A stretch of DNA of 64,000 nt from Anaeromyxobacter sp. GTDB lineage: Bacteria; Myxococcota; Myxococcia; Myxococcales; Anaeromyxobacteraceae. The DNA lies in contig JASGJN010000020.1 of the NCBI GenBank assembly GCA_049840735.1, forward strand, positions 1-64,000. Direction: 5' to 3'. Both the position numbers and the translations under genes were made by a program. Every line of letters starts with the position of its first letter. Within the stretch, counting starts at the first letter, position 1. The notes under the pieces were generated by a model that was given only the letters and a program-made list of their open reading frames with translations, was not told where the DNA came from and did not search any database. Shown here piece by piece: positions 23,906-54,039 of the stretch.

Positions 23906-26900
23906 GCATCTGCCTCTTGGCCCGGGCCTGTGCCCGGCGCAGCGCGCCGTCGTTCGGCCCGGCCCCGCCGTCCCCGGGCTCGGGCGGGGACAGCCGCTCC
24001 GCCTGGGCCGCCACGGTGGTCCACCGGAACAGGTCCACCAGCTTCAGCGCCTCCCCGAACTCGGCGCGGAGGGCCGCGTGCAGCTTCACCAGCAGCAGCG
24101 AGTGGCCACCCACGTCGAAGAAGTTGTCGTGCAGGCCCACCCGATCCGCGTGCAGCACCTCGCGCCACAGCGCGGCCACGCGGCGCTGGACCGGGGAGAG
24201 GTGAGCCTCGTCCGGCGCCGGCGCGTCGCGCCGCCCCGGCGCCTCGGGCGCCGGCAGGGCCTTGCGATCGATCTTCCCGTTGGGCGTGAGCGGCAGGGCG
24301 CCCAGGACCACGAACGTGCTCGGGACCATGTACTCCGGCAGCCGTTCCCGGAGCCCAGCCCGGGCTCCATCCGCGTCGAACCGGCCACCGCCTCCTTCCA
24401 CCACGTAAGCTACCAGGCGCGCCTCGGCACCGTCCCCTCCGTGGACCGTCACCACGCACTGCCCCACGCCCGCCTGACACGAGAGCACCGACTCGATCTC
24501 GCCGAGCTCGATCCGGAACCCCCGCAGCTTCACCTGATGATCCCGCCGCCCCAGGAACTCCAGCCTCCCGTCGGCGAGCCACCGGGCCAAGTCCCCTGTC
24601 CGGTAGACGCGTTCGCGCCGCACCCCGGGCAGCTCCAGCGTCGGGAACCGCTCCGCCGTGAGCTCGGCCCGCGCGTGGTAGCCCCGGGCTACCCCTTCCC
24701 CGCCGATGTAGAGCTCTCCTGCGACTCCGATGGGGGCCGGCCGTCCCGAGCCGTCCAGCACGTGGACCTGCGTGTTCTGGATGGGGCCACCGATGGTGAT
24801 GGGCGCCTCCGGGTCCACGATCCGGCAGAGCGTGGACCAGATGGTCGTCTCGGTGGGACCGTACATGTTCCACAGCTCGCCCACGCGACCGGCCAGCAGC
24901 GCAGCGGCCAGGCTCCGGGGCAACGCCTCGCCGCCGCACAGGATCTTGAGGTCCTGCTTCCCCGACCACCCCGCGTCCAGCATGAGCCGGAAGGTCGAGG
25001 GCGTGGCCTGCAGCAGCGTGATCCGGTGCTCGTCGAGCAGCCTCCCCAGCCGCTCGCCGTCGAGCACCTCGTCGCGCGAGGCGATCACCACCCGCGCCCC
25101 CACCGCCAGCGGCAGCCACAGCTCGAGCCCGGCGATGTCGAAGGAGAGCGTGGTCACGGCCAGCAGGGCGTCGGCCGCGGTCATCCCCGGCGCCCGGCGC
25201 ATCGCCTCCAGGAAGGCGACCACGTTGCGGTGCAGGACCTCCACGCCCTTGGGCTTGCCGGTCGAGCCGGAGGTGTAGATGACGTAGGCCCGGTCCTCCG
25301 GGCGCACCGCCACCGCCGGCGGCGTCGCGGGCTGGCGCTCCAGCTCGGCGCCGGCCTCGTCCAGCAGGATCAGCGGGGCCCCGGCGCCGGCCAGCAGGCC
25401 CGCGAAGCGCGCCAGGGTCACCGCGCAGGAGACGCCGGCGTCCTCCAGCGTGTGGGCCAGCCGCCCGGCCGGGTGGGTGGGATTCGAGCGGCACGTAGGC
25501 CGCGCCGGCCTTGAGGACGGCGGCGACGGTCACGGGCATGTCCGCGGTGCGGTCGACGCAGACGGCCACCAGCGCCCCCGGGCCCACCCCGCGCCCGCGC
25601 AGCAGATGGGCCAGCCGGTTGGCCCGCGCGTCCAGCTCGCGGTAGGTCAGCGAGCCCTCCGCGTCCACCACTGCCACCTGGTCCGGCCGCTCCCGGGCGG
25701 CGGCCTCCAGCAGCTGGTGGAGGCAGCGCGCGCGGTCGTGCGCGAGGCCGGTGTCGTTCCAGGCGGCCAGCAGCCGCTCGTCCTCGGCGCAGCAGGTGGG
25801 CAGGTCCTGGACCCGGCGGTCCGGCGCGGCCGCGGCCGCGCGCAGCAGCACCAGGAGCCGCTCGTTCAGGCGGCGGACGGTGGCGCCGTCGAGGAGGTCC
25901 TGCGCGTAGGTGTAGGCCGCGGCGTAGCCGTCACCCCGCCGCTCCACCTCCAGGGCCAGGTCGAAGCGCGAGGCGCAGGGGCCGTCGCCGGCCGCCCCGG
26001 GCTCACCGGGATCCCGGAGCGCGAAGCGGGCCTGCACCAGCGGGGCGTGGCCGGCGCCGCGCTCCGCCCCCAGGTGCGCCACCAGCTGATCGAGCGGCAC
26101 CTGGTGCTCCAGCGCGCGGGCGCGGGCCGCCGCCAGCTGCGCCACGACCTCGGCGAAGGCCGGGTCTCCGCCCAGCCGCGCCCGCAGGACCACCTCGTCC
26201 TCCGGCGGGCGGGCGGCCCGCTCCTGGCCGCCCTCGCGCACCGGCACCGGCACCGGCACCGCCACCAGCACGTCCTCCTGGCCGGAGTGGCGGTGCAGCA
26301 GCACCTGGAACCCCGCCAGGAGCAGCGTCTCCAGCGGCGCGCCCGCCTCCGCGGCCCGGCGGCCCAGCGCCGCCACGAGGTCCGCGTCGAGGGGCAGCCG
26401 GAGCCGCTGCGCCCGGAGCGACGCCGTCACGGGGCGGGGCCGATTCGAGGGGGAGCTCGAGCACCGCGGGGGCGCCCGCCAGCTCCTGGCGCCAGTACGC
26501 GAGCGCGCGGTCCGGCCCGGCGGCGGCCGGCGGCGCGACCGCGCGGGCCGCCGCACCGGGCACGGGGAGCTGGGCCAGCGTCAGGTCGGGGTCGCGCAGC
26601 GCGGCCGCGAGCAGGCCGGCGAGCCCGCCGGCGAAGCCGCGGACGGTCCCCTCGTCGAAGAGGTCGGTCGCGTACTTGAGGGCGCCGAACAGGGAGCCCT
26701 CGCGCTCCACCACCTGCAGCACCAGGTCGAACTGCCCCTCCTGCTGCACGATGGGGTACGGCGCGAGCGAGAGGCCGTGCACCGTGAGCGGCGGCGTGGA
26801 CGCGTCGCCGCCCAGCAGCCCCTCCAGCTCGCGGTACTGCTCGAAGCGCTGCACCACCAGGAAGGCGTCGAACAGGGGCGAGCGGCTCGCGTCCCGGTCC

Positions 26901-28084
26901 GGCTGCAGCCGGCGCACCAGCAGCGGGAAAGGGAACTCCTGGGCGTCGAGCGCCCCGACCACCGTCCGCCGGAGCGCCCCCACCAGCGCGCGGAAGCGGG
27001 TCGCGCCGGTGGGCCTGGAGCGCAGGGCCACCGGGTTCACGAAGTCGCCCACCACGCGCAGGTACTCCGGCTTGCTGCGCGCGAAGGTGGGCGTTCCCAC
27101 GATCACGTCCTCCGAGCCGGTGACCCGGTGCAGGAAGGCGTGGAACGCCGCCTGCAGCACCACGAAGGGCGTGGTGCCCTCCTGGCGCGCCAGCTGCCGG
27201 ACGCCCTCCGCCACCTCGGGCCCGAAGTCCACCGGCACGGCGCTGCCGCGGAAGCTCGGGGTGGGCGGCCGCGGGCGGTCCGAGGGCCACTCCAGCCGTC
27301 CGCGCGGTGCGGCCAGCTGCTCCCGCCAGTAGGCCCACCAGCGCTCGCCCTCGGGGCCGGCCAGCACCTGCGCCTGCCAGGCGGCGTGGTCCACGCAGGA
27401 GACGGTGGGACGCGGCAGCGCCGCCGGCGCGCCGCCCACCGCCTCGGCGTGGAGCCGCAGCAGCTCGTCCATCAGCACCATCAGCGACCAGCCGTCGGCC
27501 GCGATGTGGTGGACGGTGACGAGCAGCACGTGGTCGTCCCGCTGCCGCGTGTGGAGCGAGGCCCGCAGGAGCGGCCCCTGCTCCAGGTCGAAGGGGCGGT
27601 GGTGCGCCGCCAGGACCGAGGCCCGCAGCGCCTCGTCGGTCAGCCCGGCCGCGTCCAGCGCCTGGAACGCCACCGGGGCCCACCCGGCCACGCGCTGCGA
27701 GGGCACGCCGTCCACGATGGCGTAGGTGGTGCGCAGGGCGGCGTGCCGGTCCACCAGCGCCTGCAGCGCCTGCCGCAGGGCCGGGACCTCGATGGGCGAG
27801 CGGATCCGGGCCGAGACGCCCACGTGGTAGGCCGCGCTCTCCGGCGCCTGCTGGTGGATGAACCAGAGCGACTGCTGGCTGTAGGAGAGCGGGTGGACCG
27901 TCGCCTGCTTCGCCGCCTCGGCTCGCAGGTGCGCCAGCACCTGCGAGCGCTGGGCCGAGAGCGAGGCGCGCAGCTGGGGGCCGAGCGCCCCGCGCGGCGC
28001 CCGGAAGCGCAGCCGGTCTCCCTCGAACCAGAGCTCGATGCCCTGGCCCCGGAGCTCCGCCAGCAGGCTCGCCGCGTCCATCAC
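23898..28084 (-). CDS. NRPS G: N-terminal beta-hairpin docking domain, C, truncated C-terminal half of a second C, A (Gly predicted), PCP (frameshifts at ~26444 and ~25483)
   Basis: N-terminus LLAELRGQGIELWFEGDRLRFRAP (TubC-N type); HHIAADGWS; A motifs YTSGSTGKPKG, YGPTE, YRTGD, KLRGFRIELGEIE, NGKIDR; specificity code read manually as DILQLGMIWK (Gly type); PCP FFDVGGHSLL. Confidence 0.9.
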
Positions 28085-28112
28085 GCCCTCACCTCGCCGT
28101 CGCGCCCGCTGC

Positions 28113-31100
28113 TCACAGGCTCCCCTCCTCGTAGGTCGGCTCCGCCGCGGCCGGGGCAGCGCCGTCGCCGGCGGCCTCCCACCGCGCCGCGATGGCCGCC
28201 GTAAGCTGCGAGACGGTGGGGCCGCCCAGGAGCTCGGCCAGCGGCAGCTTCAGGGCCAGGTCCGCCTCCACGCGGTTGCGGAGCTGGACCGCCATCAGCG
28301 AGTCGAAGCCCAGCGCGGAGAGCGGCGTCTCCGGGTCCAGCGCCGAGGCGTTGAAGCCCAGCACGCGGGCGGACTCGTGGTGGACGTAGGCGCGCAGGAG
28401 CGCGAGCCGCTCCGCGCCCCCGGAGGCGGCCCGGAGCGCCGGGAGCGGCCCGGCCGCCTTCGCGGCGGCCGGCGCGGCCGGGGCCGCCGCCTCCGCCGGG
28501 GTTCCCAGCAGCGCCCGCACCGCCGGCCCGGCCTGGGCCGCGAACAGCCCGGGATCGAGGCTCAGGATGGCGACGTGGGGCGCGCTCCCGGCCAGGGCGC
28601 GCCCCAGCCGCGGGAACGCCTCGTCGGGGTGGAGCAGCCCCAGGCCGATCCGGGCCCAGCGGGCGCGCTGGGCCTCGGAGAGGCGGGCCGCCATCCCCAC
28701 CTCGCCCCAGGCGCCCCAGCCGATGCTGGTGGCGGCCAGGCCGCGCGCCCGGCGGAACGCCGCCAGGCCGTCCAGCACGGCGTTGGCGGCGGCGTAGTTG
28801 GCCTGGCCCGGCGAGCCCAGCAGCGCCGAGGTGGACGAGAACAGCGCGAAGAAGTCGAGCGGGTCCCGCGCCGAGGCGGCGTGGAGGTGCAGCGCCCCGC
28901 CCAGCTTGCCGGCCGCGACGGCGTCGAAGCGCGCCGCGTCCTGCTCGGCCAGCGAGGCGTCGGCCAGCACGCCCGCGGCGTGCACGATGCCGCGCAGGGG
29001 CAGCCCGCGCGCCAGCACCTCCCGCCAGAGCCGGCCCACCGCGGCCTCGTCGCCCACGTCGCAGGCCAGCGCCGTCACCCGCGCGCCGGCGGCGCGCAGC
29101 GCCTCCAGCGCGGGCTCGTCCGCCGGGCCCGGACCGCGCCGGCCCAGCAGCACCAGCTCCCCCGCGCCCTGCTGCGCCAGCCAGCGCGCCGCGGCCAGGC
29201 CGATGCCGCCCAGCCCGCCGGTCACGAGGTAGGCCCCGTCGCGCCGGACCGGCAGCTCTGCCGGGCCGGGCGGGACCAGCACCAGCTTGCCCACGTGCCG
29301 CCCGGCCGCCATGGTCCGGAAGGCCGCCTGGGCGTCCCGCAGCGCGTAGGCCCGCACCGGGAGCGGCGCCAGCTCGCCCGAGCCCAGGTCGCGCAGCAGC
29401 TGCTCGAACCGCACCCGCACCGGGGCCGGATCGCGGGCGAGGTCCTGCCCCAGGTCCACCACCACGTAGCGGACGCCCGGCGCCCGCTCCGCGGCCTGCG
29501 CCGCGGTCCAGATCCCCTGCTTGCCGAGCTCCACGAAGCAGCCCCCGGGCCGGACCACCCGCAGGCCGGCGCCGATCAGCTTGCCGGCGAGCGAGTTGAG
29601 CACGCAGTCCACCCCGGCCCCGTCCGTCACCCGCAGCACCTCGGCCTCGAAGGAGGCGGAGCGGGAGTCGAAGGCGTGCGCGGCCCCCTCGGCCAGCACC
29701 AGCGCCCGCTTCTCCGGCGAGCCGGCGGTGGCGATCACCTCGGCGCCGGCCCGCCGGGCCAGCCGGAGCGCGGCCAGGCCGACGCCGCCGGCCGCGGCGT
29801 GGATCAGCACCCGCTGGCCGGCGCGCACCTCGGCCACGTCCAGCAGGGACACGGCCGCGGTCAGGAAGGCGTTGGGCACCGTGACGGCCTGCGCGAAGCC
29901 GACGCCGGCCGGCTTGCGCAACACCATGCTGGCGGAGGCCGTGACGTGGGTGGCGAGCGAGTCCACCGCCAGCGCCACCACCTCGTCGCCCGGCCGGAGC
30001 CCCTCCACCCCCGCCCCGACCCCGACCACCACCCCGGCGCACTCGGCGCCCAGGTGCGGCGGCGCGCCCGGGATCATCCCCAGCGCGTTGAGCACGTCGC
30101 GGAAGTTGATGCCGGCGGCGCGGATCTCGATCTCCACCTCGCCGGCCGCGGGCGCCCGCCGCGGCTCGCGCACGTGGCGCAGCACCTCCAGGCTCCCCCG
30201 CCCGTCGAGCCGCAGCACCTCGCGGGTCCGCGGCGGGAGCGGCGGCGCGGCGGCCGCCTCCTCCAGCCTGGGCGCCAGCAGCGTGCCGCTCCGGACCGCC
30301 AGCTCGGGCCCGGTCCGGCCCAGCCCGCCCAGCGCCACGAGGAGCTGGCGCAGGTCCGGCGCGGCGGCCGGGTCCAGGTCCAGTCGGAGCGCCGGCGCCT
30401 CGCCGCGCTCGCTGGCCACGGCGCGGGCCAGCCCCAGCAGCGGCGCGCTCGCCAGCGCCGGCTCGTCGCCGGGGGCGATGGCCTGCGCGCCGCGGGTCAG
30501 GAGGCCCAGGCCGGCCCGCGGGGCCGCCGCGGCCACCGCCCGGGACAGGCGGAGGTGGCGCAGGTAGCCGGCGCGGAGCTGGCCGGGCAGGTCTCCCGCG
30601 GCCGCGGCGTCGAGCGGGCTGCAGTCGATGGCCCACGCCAGCGGCGAGCCGTCCGCCAGCAGCGCGGCCAGCGCGGCCTCGCCGTCGGCCTCCAGCGCCG
30701 AGGCGGGCAGGACGGTGCACTGCCCGCCCGCCGCCGAGAGGGCGCCGGCCAGCGCGTCGGCCACCCCGTCCTGGTCCGCCACCAGCAGGTAGCGGCCGGG
30801 CCCGGCCGCCGGCCCGGCGGCGCGGACCTCCTCCCAGCGGACGGTGAACGAGCGCGCCGCCACGCCCTGCTGCGCCAGCGCCTGCTGCAGCGTGGCCAGC
30901 TCGACCGGGCGGAGCTGCAGCCCGGTGATGGCGGCCACCTCCCCGCCCTGGTCGTCCTCCAGCCGGAGATCTGCCAGGAAGACGGTGGGCGCCTCGGGGG
31001 CCTCGCGCAGGCGCGCCACGGCGTGGACGCGCGGCGGGGCGCCGGCGCCGCTCACCCGCAGCGCCTCCAGGCCGATGGGCAGGTACACGCGATCCGGCTC

Positions 31101-34100
31101 GCCCGGCCGGTCGGCCGCCAGCGCCAGCCCGAGCAGGTGGAAGGCCGCGTCGAGCAGCGCCGGGTGCAGGATCCAGCGCCCCGCCTCCGCCGGCGGCACC
31201 TCCAGCGTGCCCACCGCCTCGCGGCGGCCGGTGTGGAGCGAGCGGACCCCCCTGAACACCGGCCCGTAGGCCAGGCCGGCGCGGGCCAGCCGCGTGTAGT
31301 ACGCCTCCACGTCCACCGCGGCGGTGCAGCGCGCGCGGGCCTCCGCCACCGTGCCGGCCAGGACCGGTCCGCCGGCGAGCCCCCGGCTGCGCAGCGCGCC
31401 CTGGGCGTGCAGCCGCCAGGACCGGTCCGGCCCCCCAGCCTGCGGCGCGCTGCGGACCTGGAACCCGGCCCGCCCGCCCGCCTCCGCCTCGACCGAGACG
31501 TGCAGCAGCTGGACGGCGCCCGGCGGCAGCGCCAGCGGCGCCTCGATGGCGACCCCCTCCAGCGCCAGCTCGTCGCCGCCGCCCAGCTCGCGGGCCGCGG
31601 CCAGCGCGACCTCGAGGTAGGCGGTCCCGGGCAGGAGCACGTGGCCGAAGACCACGTGCTCGGCCAGGAAGGCCGGGGCGGTGCTGCTCACCTCGGCCAG
31701 GAACCGCGCGCCCGGGCCCGGCCCCTCCTGCCGCTGCCCCAGCAGCGGGTGTGCGCCGGCGGGACCGGCGCGGCGCGGCTGCGCCGGGGACGCGCCCGGC
31801 GTGGCCCAGTGGCGCTCGCGCTGGAACGGATAGGTGGGCAGCCGGCCCCGGGCCGGCGGCAGGCCCGCCTGGACCGCCTCCCAGTCCACGCCGGCGCCGC
31901 GGGTCTGGAGGGTGGCCAGGGCGGAGAGCAGCTCGCGCCCGTCGTCGCGCCCGCGCCGCAGCGAGGGGGCGGTGGCCCAGGTGGCGCCGGGCTGGGCGCG
32001 CGCCGCCAGCCCCAGCAGCGTCGGGTGGGGCCCGATCTCCACCAGCGCCGTGGCGCCGGCGGCCCGGAGGGCGGCGATGCCCGCGGCGAACCGGACCGGC
32101 TCCCGCGCGTGCCGCCGGAAGTAGGCGGCGTCCGGGGCGACGCCCACCGGCATGAGCTCGCCGGTGAGGTTGGAGACGATGGGGATGCGCGGGGCCGCCA
32201 GGGTGAGCCCCGCCGCGAAGCGCTCCAGCGGCTCCAGCATGGGGTCGAGCCGGTGCGAGTGGAAGGCGTGGGAGACCTCCAGCGCCCGCCCCTTCACGCC
32301 CTCGGCGGCGAAGGCGGCCAGCACCTCGGCCACGGCCGGAGCGTCGCCGGGAGATCACCGTCTCCTCCGGGCCGTTGACGGCGGCGATGGAGAGCCGGTC
32401 GCGCAGCGGGGCGAGCCGCGCCTCCACCCGGTCCGCGGTCGTGAACAGGGCCGCCATGGCCCCGCCGGCCGGGAGCGCCTGCATGAGCCGGCCGCGCTCG
32501 GCGATGAGCGCCAGCCCCTCCTCCAGGCCGATGGCGCCGGCCACGCAGGCCGCCGCCAGCTCACCCACGCTGTGGCCCATCACGAAGGACGGGGTGATCC
32601 CCCAGGCGCACCACTGCTCGGCCAGCGCGTACTCCAGGGCGAACAGCGCGGGCTGGGTGTAGCCGGTCTGGCCCAGCGGCGTCTCCTGCCCCTCGCGCGG
32701 GAAGATCACCTCCAGCAGCGGCCGCTCCAGGCGCGGCGCCAGGAGCGCCGCGCAGCGGTCGAGCGCGGTCCGGAACACCGGCTCGCGGTCGTAGAGCCCG
32801 CGCCCCATGCCCGGGTACTGCGCGCCCTGGCCGGTGAAGAGGAAGGCGATCCGGGGGCGCTCGCCGGGGCGCAGCGCGTGCTCGGCCGCCGCGGCCGGCA
32901 GCTGGCCGCCGGCGTAGGCGCGCAGGTCCGCCTCCAGCCCCTGGCGCGAGTCGGCCACCAGGGCCAGGCGCCGCCCCTGCAGCGCGCGGCCGGTGGCGGC
33001 GGTCCGCGCCACGGCGGCCACGGTCAGGCCTGGGTCCTGCGCGAGCCGCTCGGCCGTGGCCGCGGCCAGCGCCCGCAGCCCTCCCTCGTCGCGCGCCGAG
33101 AGCGCCACCAGCGTGGGGGCGCCGGCGTCCGGGACCGGCGCCTCGGGCAGCGGCGCCTCCTCCAGGATGACGTGGGCGTTGGTCCCGCTGAACCCGAAGG
33201 CGCTCACCCCCGCGCGGCGGGGGCGCGCGCCGCGCGGCCAGGGGGTCAACGCGGTGGGCACCGCCACCGGCAGCTCGGCCCACGGGATGCGCGGGTTGGG
33301 CGTGGTGAAGTTGCGGTGCGGGGGGATGGCCTCGTTCCGCAGCGACTGGACCACCTTGAGCAGGCCGGCGATCCCCGAGGCGGCCTCGGCGTGGCCGATG
33401 TTGGTCTTGATGGAGCCGATCAGGAGCGGGCGCTCCCGCCTCGGCCCGCCCGACATGACCGCGCCCAGCGCCTCCACCTCGATGGGATCGCCGAGCGAGG
33501 TGCCGGTGCCGTGCGCCTCCACGTAGTCGAGCGCCTCCGGCCCCAGGCGCGCGCCCTGCAGCGCCTTGCGCACCACCGCCTGCTGCGCGGGGCCGCTCGG
33601 GACCGTGAGGCCACTGCTGCGGCCGTCGGAGTTCACGGCCGAGCCGCGGATCACCGCCAGGATGGGATCGCGGGCCGCCAGCGCGTCGGAGAGCCGCTTG
33701 AGGGCGATGACCGCGCAGCCCTCGGCGCGCACGAAGCCGTCGGCGGCCGCGTCGAAGGTCTTGCAGCGCCCGTCCGGCGCCATCATCCCCCACTTCGAGA
33801 ACAGCACCATGGGCTCGGGCAGCAGCACCACGTTGACGCCGCCGGCCAGGGCCAGGTCGCTGTCGCCGGCCCGCAGGCTCTGGCAGGCGAGGTGCACCGC
33901 CACCAGCGACGACGAGCAGGCGGTGTCCACCGAGACGCAGGGGCCCTGCAGCCCGAAGGTGAACGCGATGCGCCCGGCGGCGGCGTTCAGGGCGGTCCCG
34001 GTGGCGGAGTAGATCTCGGTCCGCTCCGAGCCGATCTCGCGCAGGTAGTGGAAGTAGTCGTTGGTGGTGATGCCCACGAACACGCCGGTGGCGCTGCCGG

Positions 34101-34524
34101 CCAGCCGGTCCGGCGCGATGCAGGCGCTCTCCAGGGCCTCGTAGGAGGTCTCGAGCAGCAGGCGGTGCTGCGGGTCGAGCCCGGCGGCCTCGCGGGGCGA
34201 GATCCCGAACAGCGCCGGCTCGAACTGGTCGATCTGGGAGAGGAACCCGCCGCGCCGCGTGACCATCCGGTCGGGGACGCTGGGATCGGGATTGTAGCAG
34301 GCGTCCACGTCCCACCGGTCCGCCGGCACGTCGGAGACCGCGTCCACCCCGTCGCGGACCGTCCGCCAGAGCCCGTCCAGGTCGACGATGCCGCCGGGAT
34401 AGCGGCACCCCGCGCCCACGATGGCCAGGGGCTCGTGGCGGCGCTGCTGCTCGGCCTCCAGCCGCTCCTCCAGCCGGTCGATGGCGGCGAGGGCGTCATG
34501 CAGGATCTGGCGACGTTCGGTCAT
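28113..34524 (-). CDS. PKS module F: KS-AT(malonyl)-DH-ER-KR-ACP (frameshift at ~32348)
   Basis: DTACSSS, HGTGT, GHAEAASG; GHSVG and HAFH; DH HVVFGHVLLP and HPALLD; ER LIHAAAGGVG; KR VLAD and NYAAAN; ACP LGFDSL; C-terminal docking motif YEEGSL. Confidence 0.92.
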
Positions 34525-35383
34525 GGCGAGGGCTCGGCGACGGCGTGGGAGGTCCGGGCGCAGGCCCAGGCCCCGGTCAGGAGGAGGAGTGGCGACAGCG
34601 CCAGGGCGGCGGGCGGCGGCGGCTGGCCCGCCGCGACGCCCAGGGCCACGAGGCCCAGCGCCGCCGGCAGCCAGGCCAGCGAGGCGGGGACCGGGACGGG
34701 CGCGAGCGCCGCCGTCCGCTCCAGCGTCCACAGGGCGAGCCCGCCGGTGAGGGCCAGGGCGGCCAGCACCGCCAGGTCGCGGGCCCCCGGGGTGACCCAG
34801 GCGCCCAGCACGCCCGGCGCGAGCACCAGCACCACGCCCGCCGCCGCGAAGGCGAGGTTGGTCCGGGCCGGCTCGCCGCGCAGGGCGCGGGTCAGCACCA
34901 GGTACAGGGCGAAGCAGCCGGCCATCGCCAGCGGCAGCAGCGCCCGCCAGGCCGGCGGCGGCGCCGCGGCCTGCAGCGCCGCCGCCGCGGCCACGAGCCC
35001 CACGGCCGCGACCACCCAGGCCGGCGCCGGCGCGCGCTCGGCCAGCAGCGCGCGGGCGAGGACCAGGGCCAGGGCCGGGCTGGCCGCCAGGGCCGCCACC
35101 GCCGCGCCGGCCGCCACGCCCGCGCGCAGGGAGAGGGCGAAGGTGATGGACAGGCCGGCCAGGGCCGCCGCCCGCGCGAGCTGGAGCGAGCGCCGCCGCG
35201 TCCGCCAGATGGGCGTCCGGGACCGCGCGGCCCAGGCCGCCAGCGCCGCGAGCAGCGCCAGGTGCTTGAGGAACACCACCTCCAGGGGCGGGAGCGGCGC
35301 GCGCAGCGCAGCGCCCAGCAGGAGGTCGGTGGCGAAGAGCCCGGCGAAGGCCGCCATGAGCGCCAGGCTGCGGTGGGCCGGGG

Positions 35384-35387
<4 letters not shown>
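34521..35387 (-). CDS. EamA/DMT-family membrane transporter
   Basis: About 288 aa with ~10 hydrophobic segments in two repeats (P.EVVF.K, LARALLAER...WVVAAVG, ALYLVLTR). It overlaps both neighbouring PKS genes by 4 bp. Confidence 0.75.

Positions 35388-54035
<18,648 letters not shown>

Positions 54036-54039
<4 letters not shown>

Noticed and set aside
26239..26260. (CACCGG)n microsatellite as a phase-variation site
   Set aside because: It is a short in-frame hexamer repeat encoding VPVPVP in the degenerate half C domain. A change in copy number would not shift the frame.
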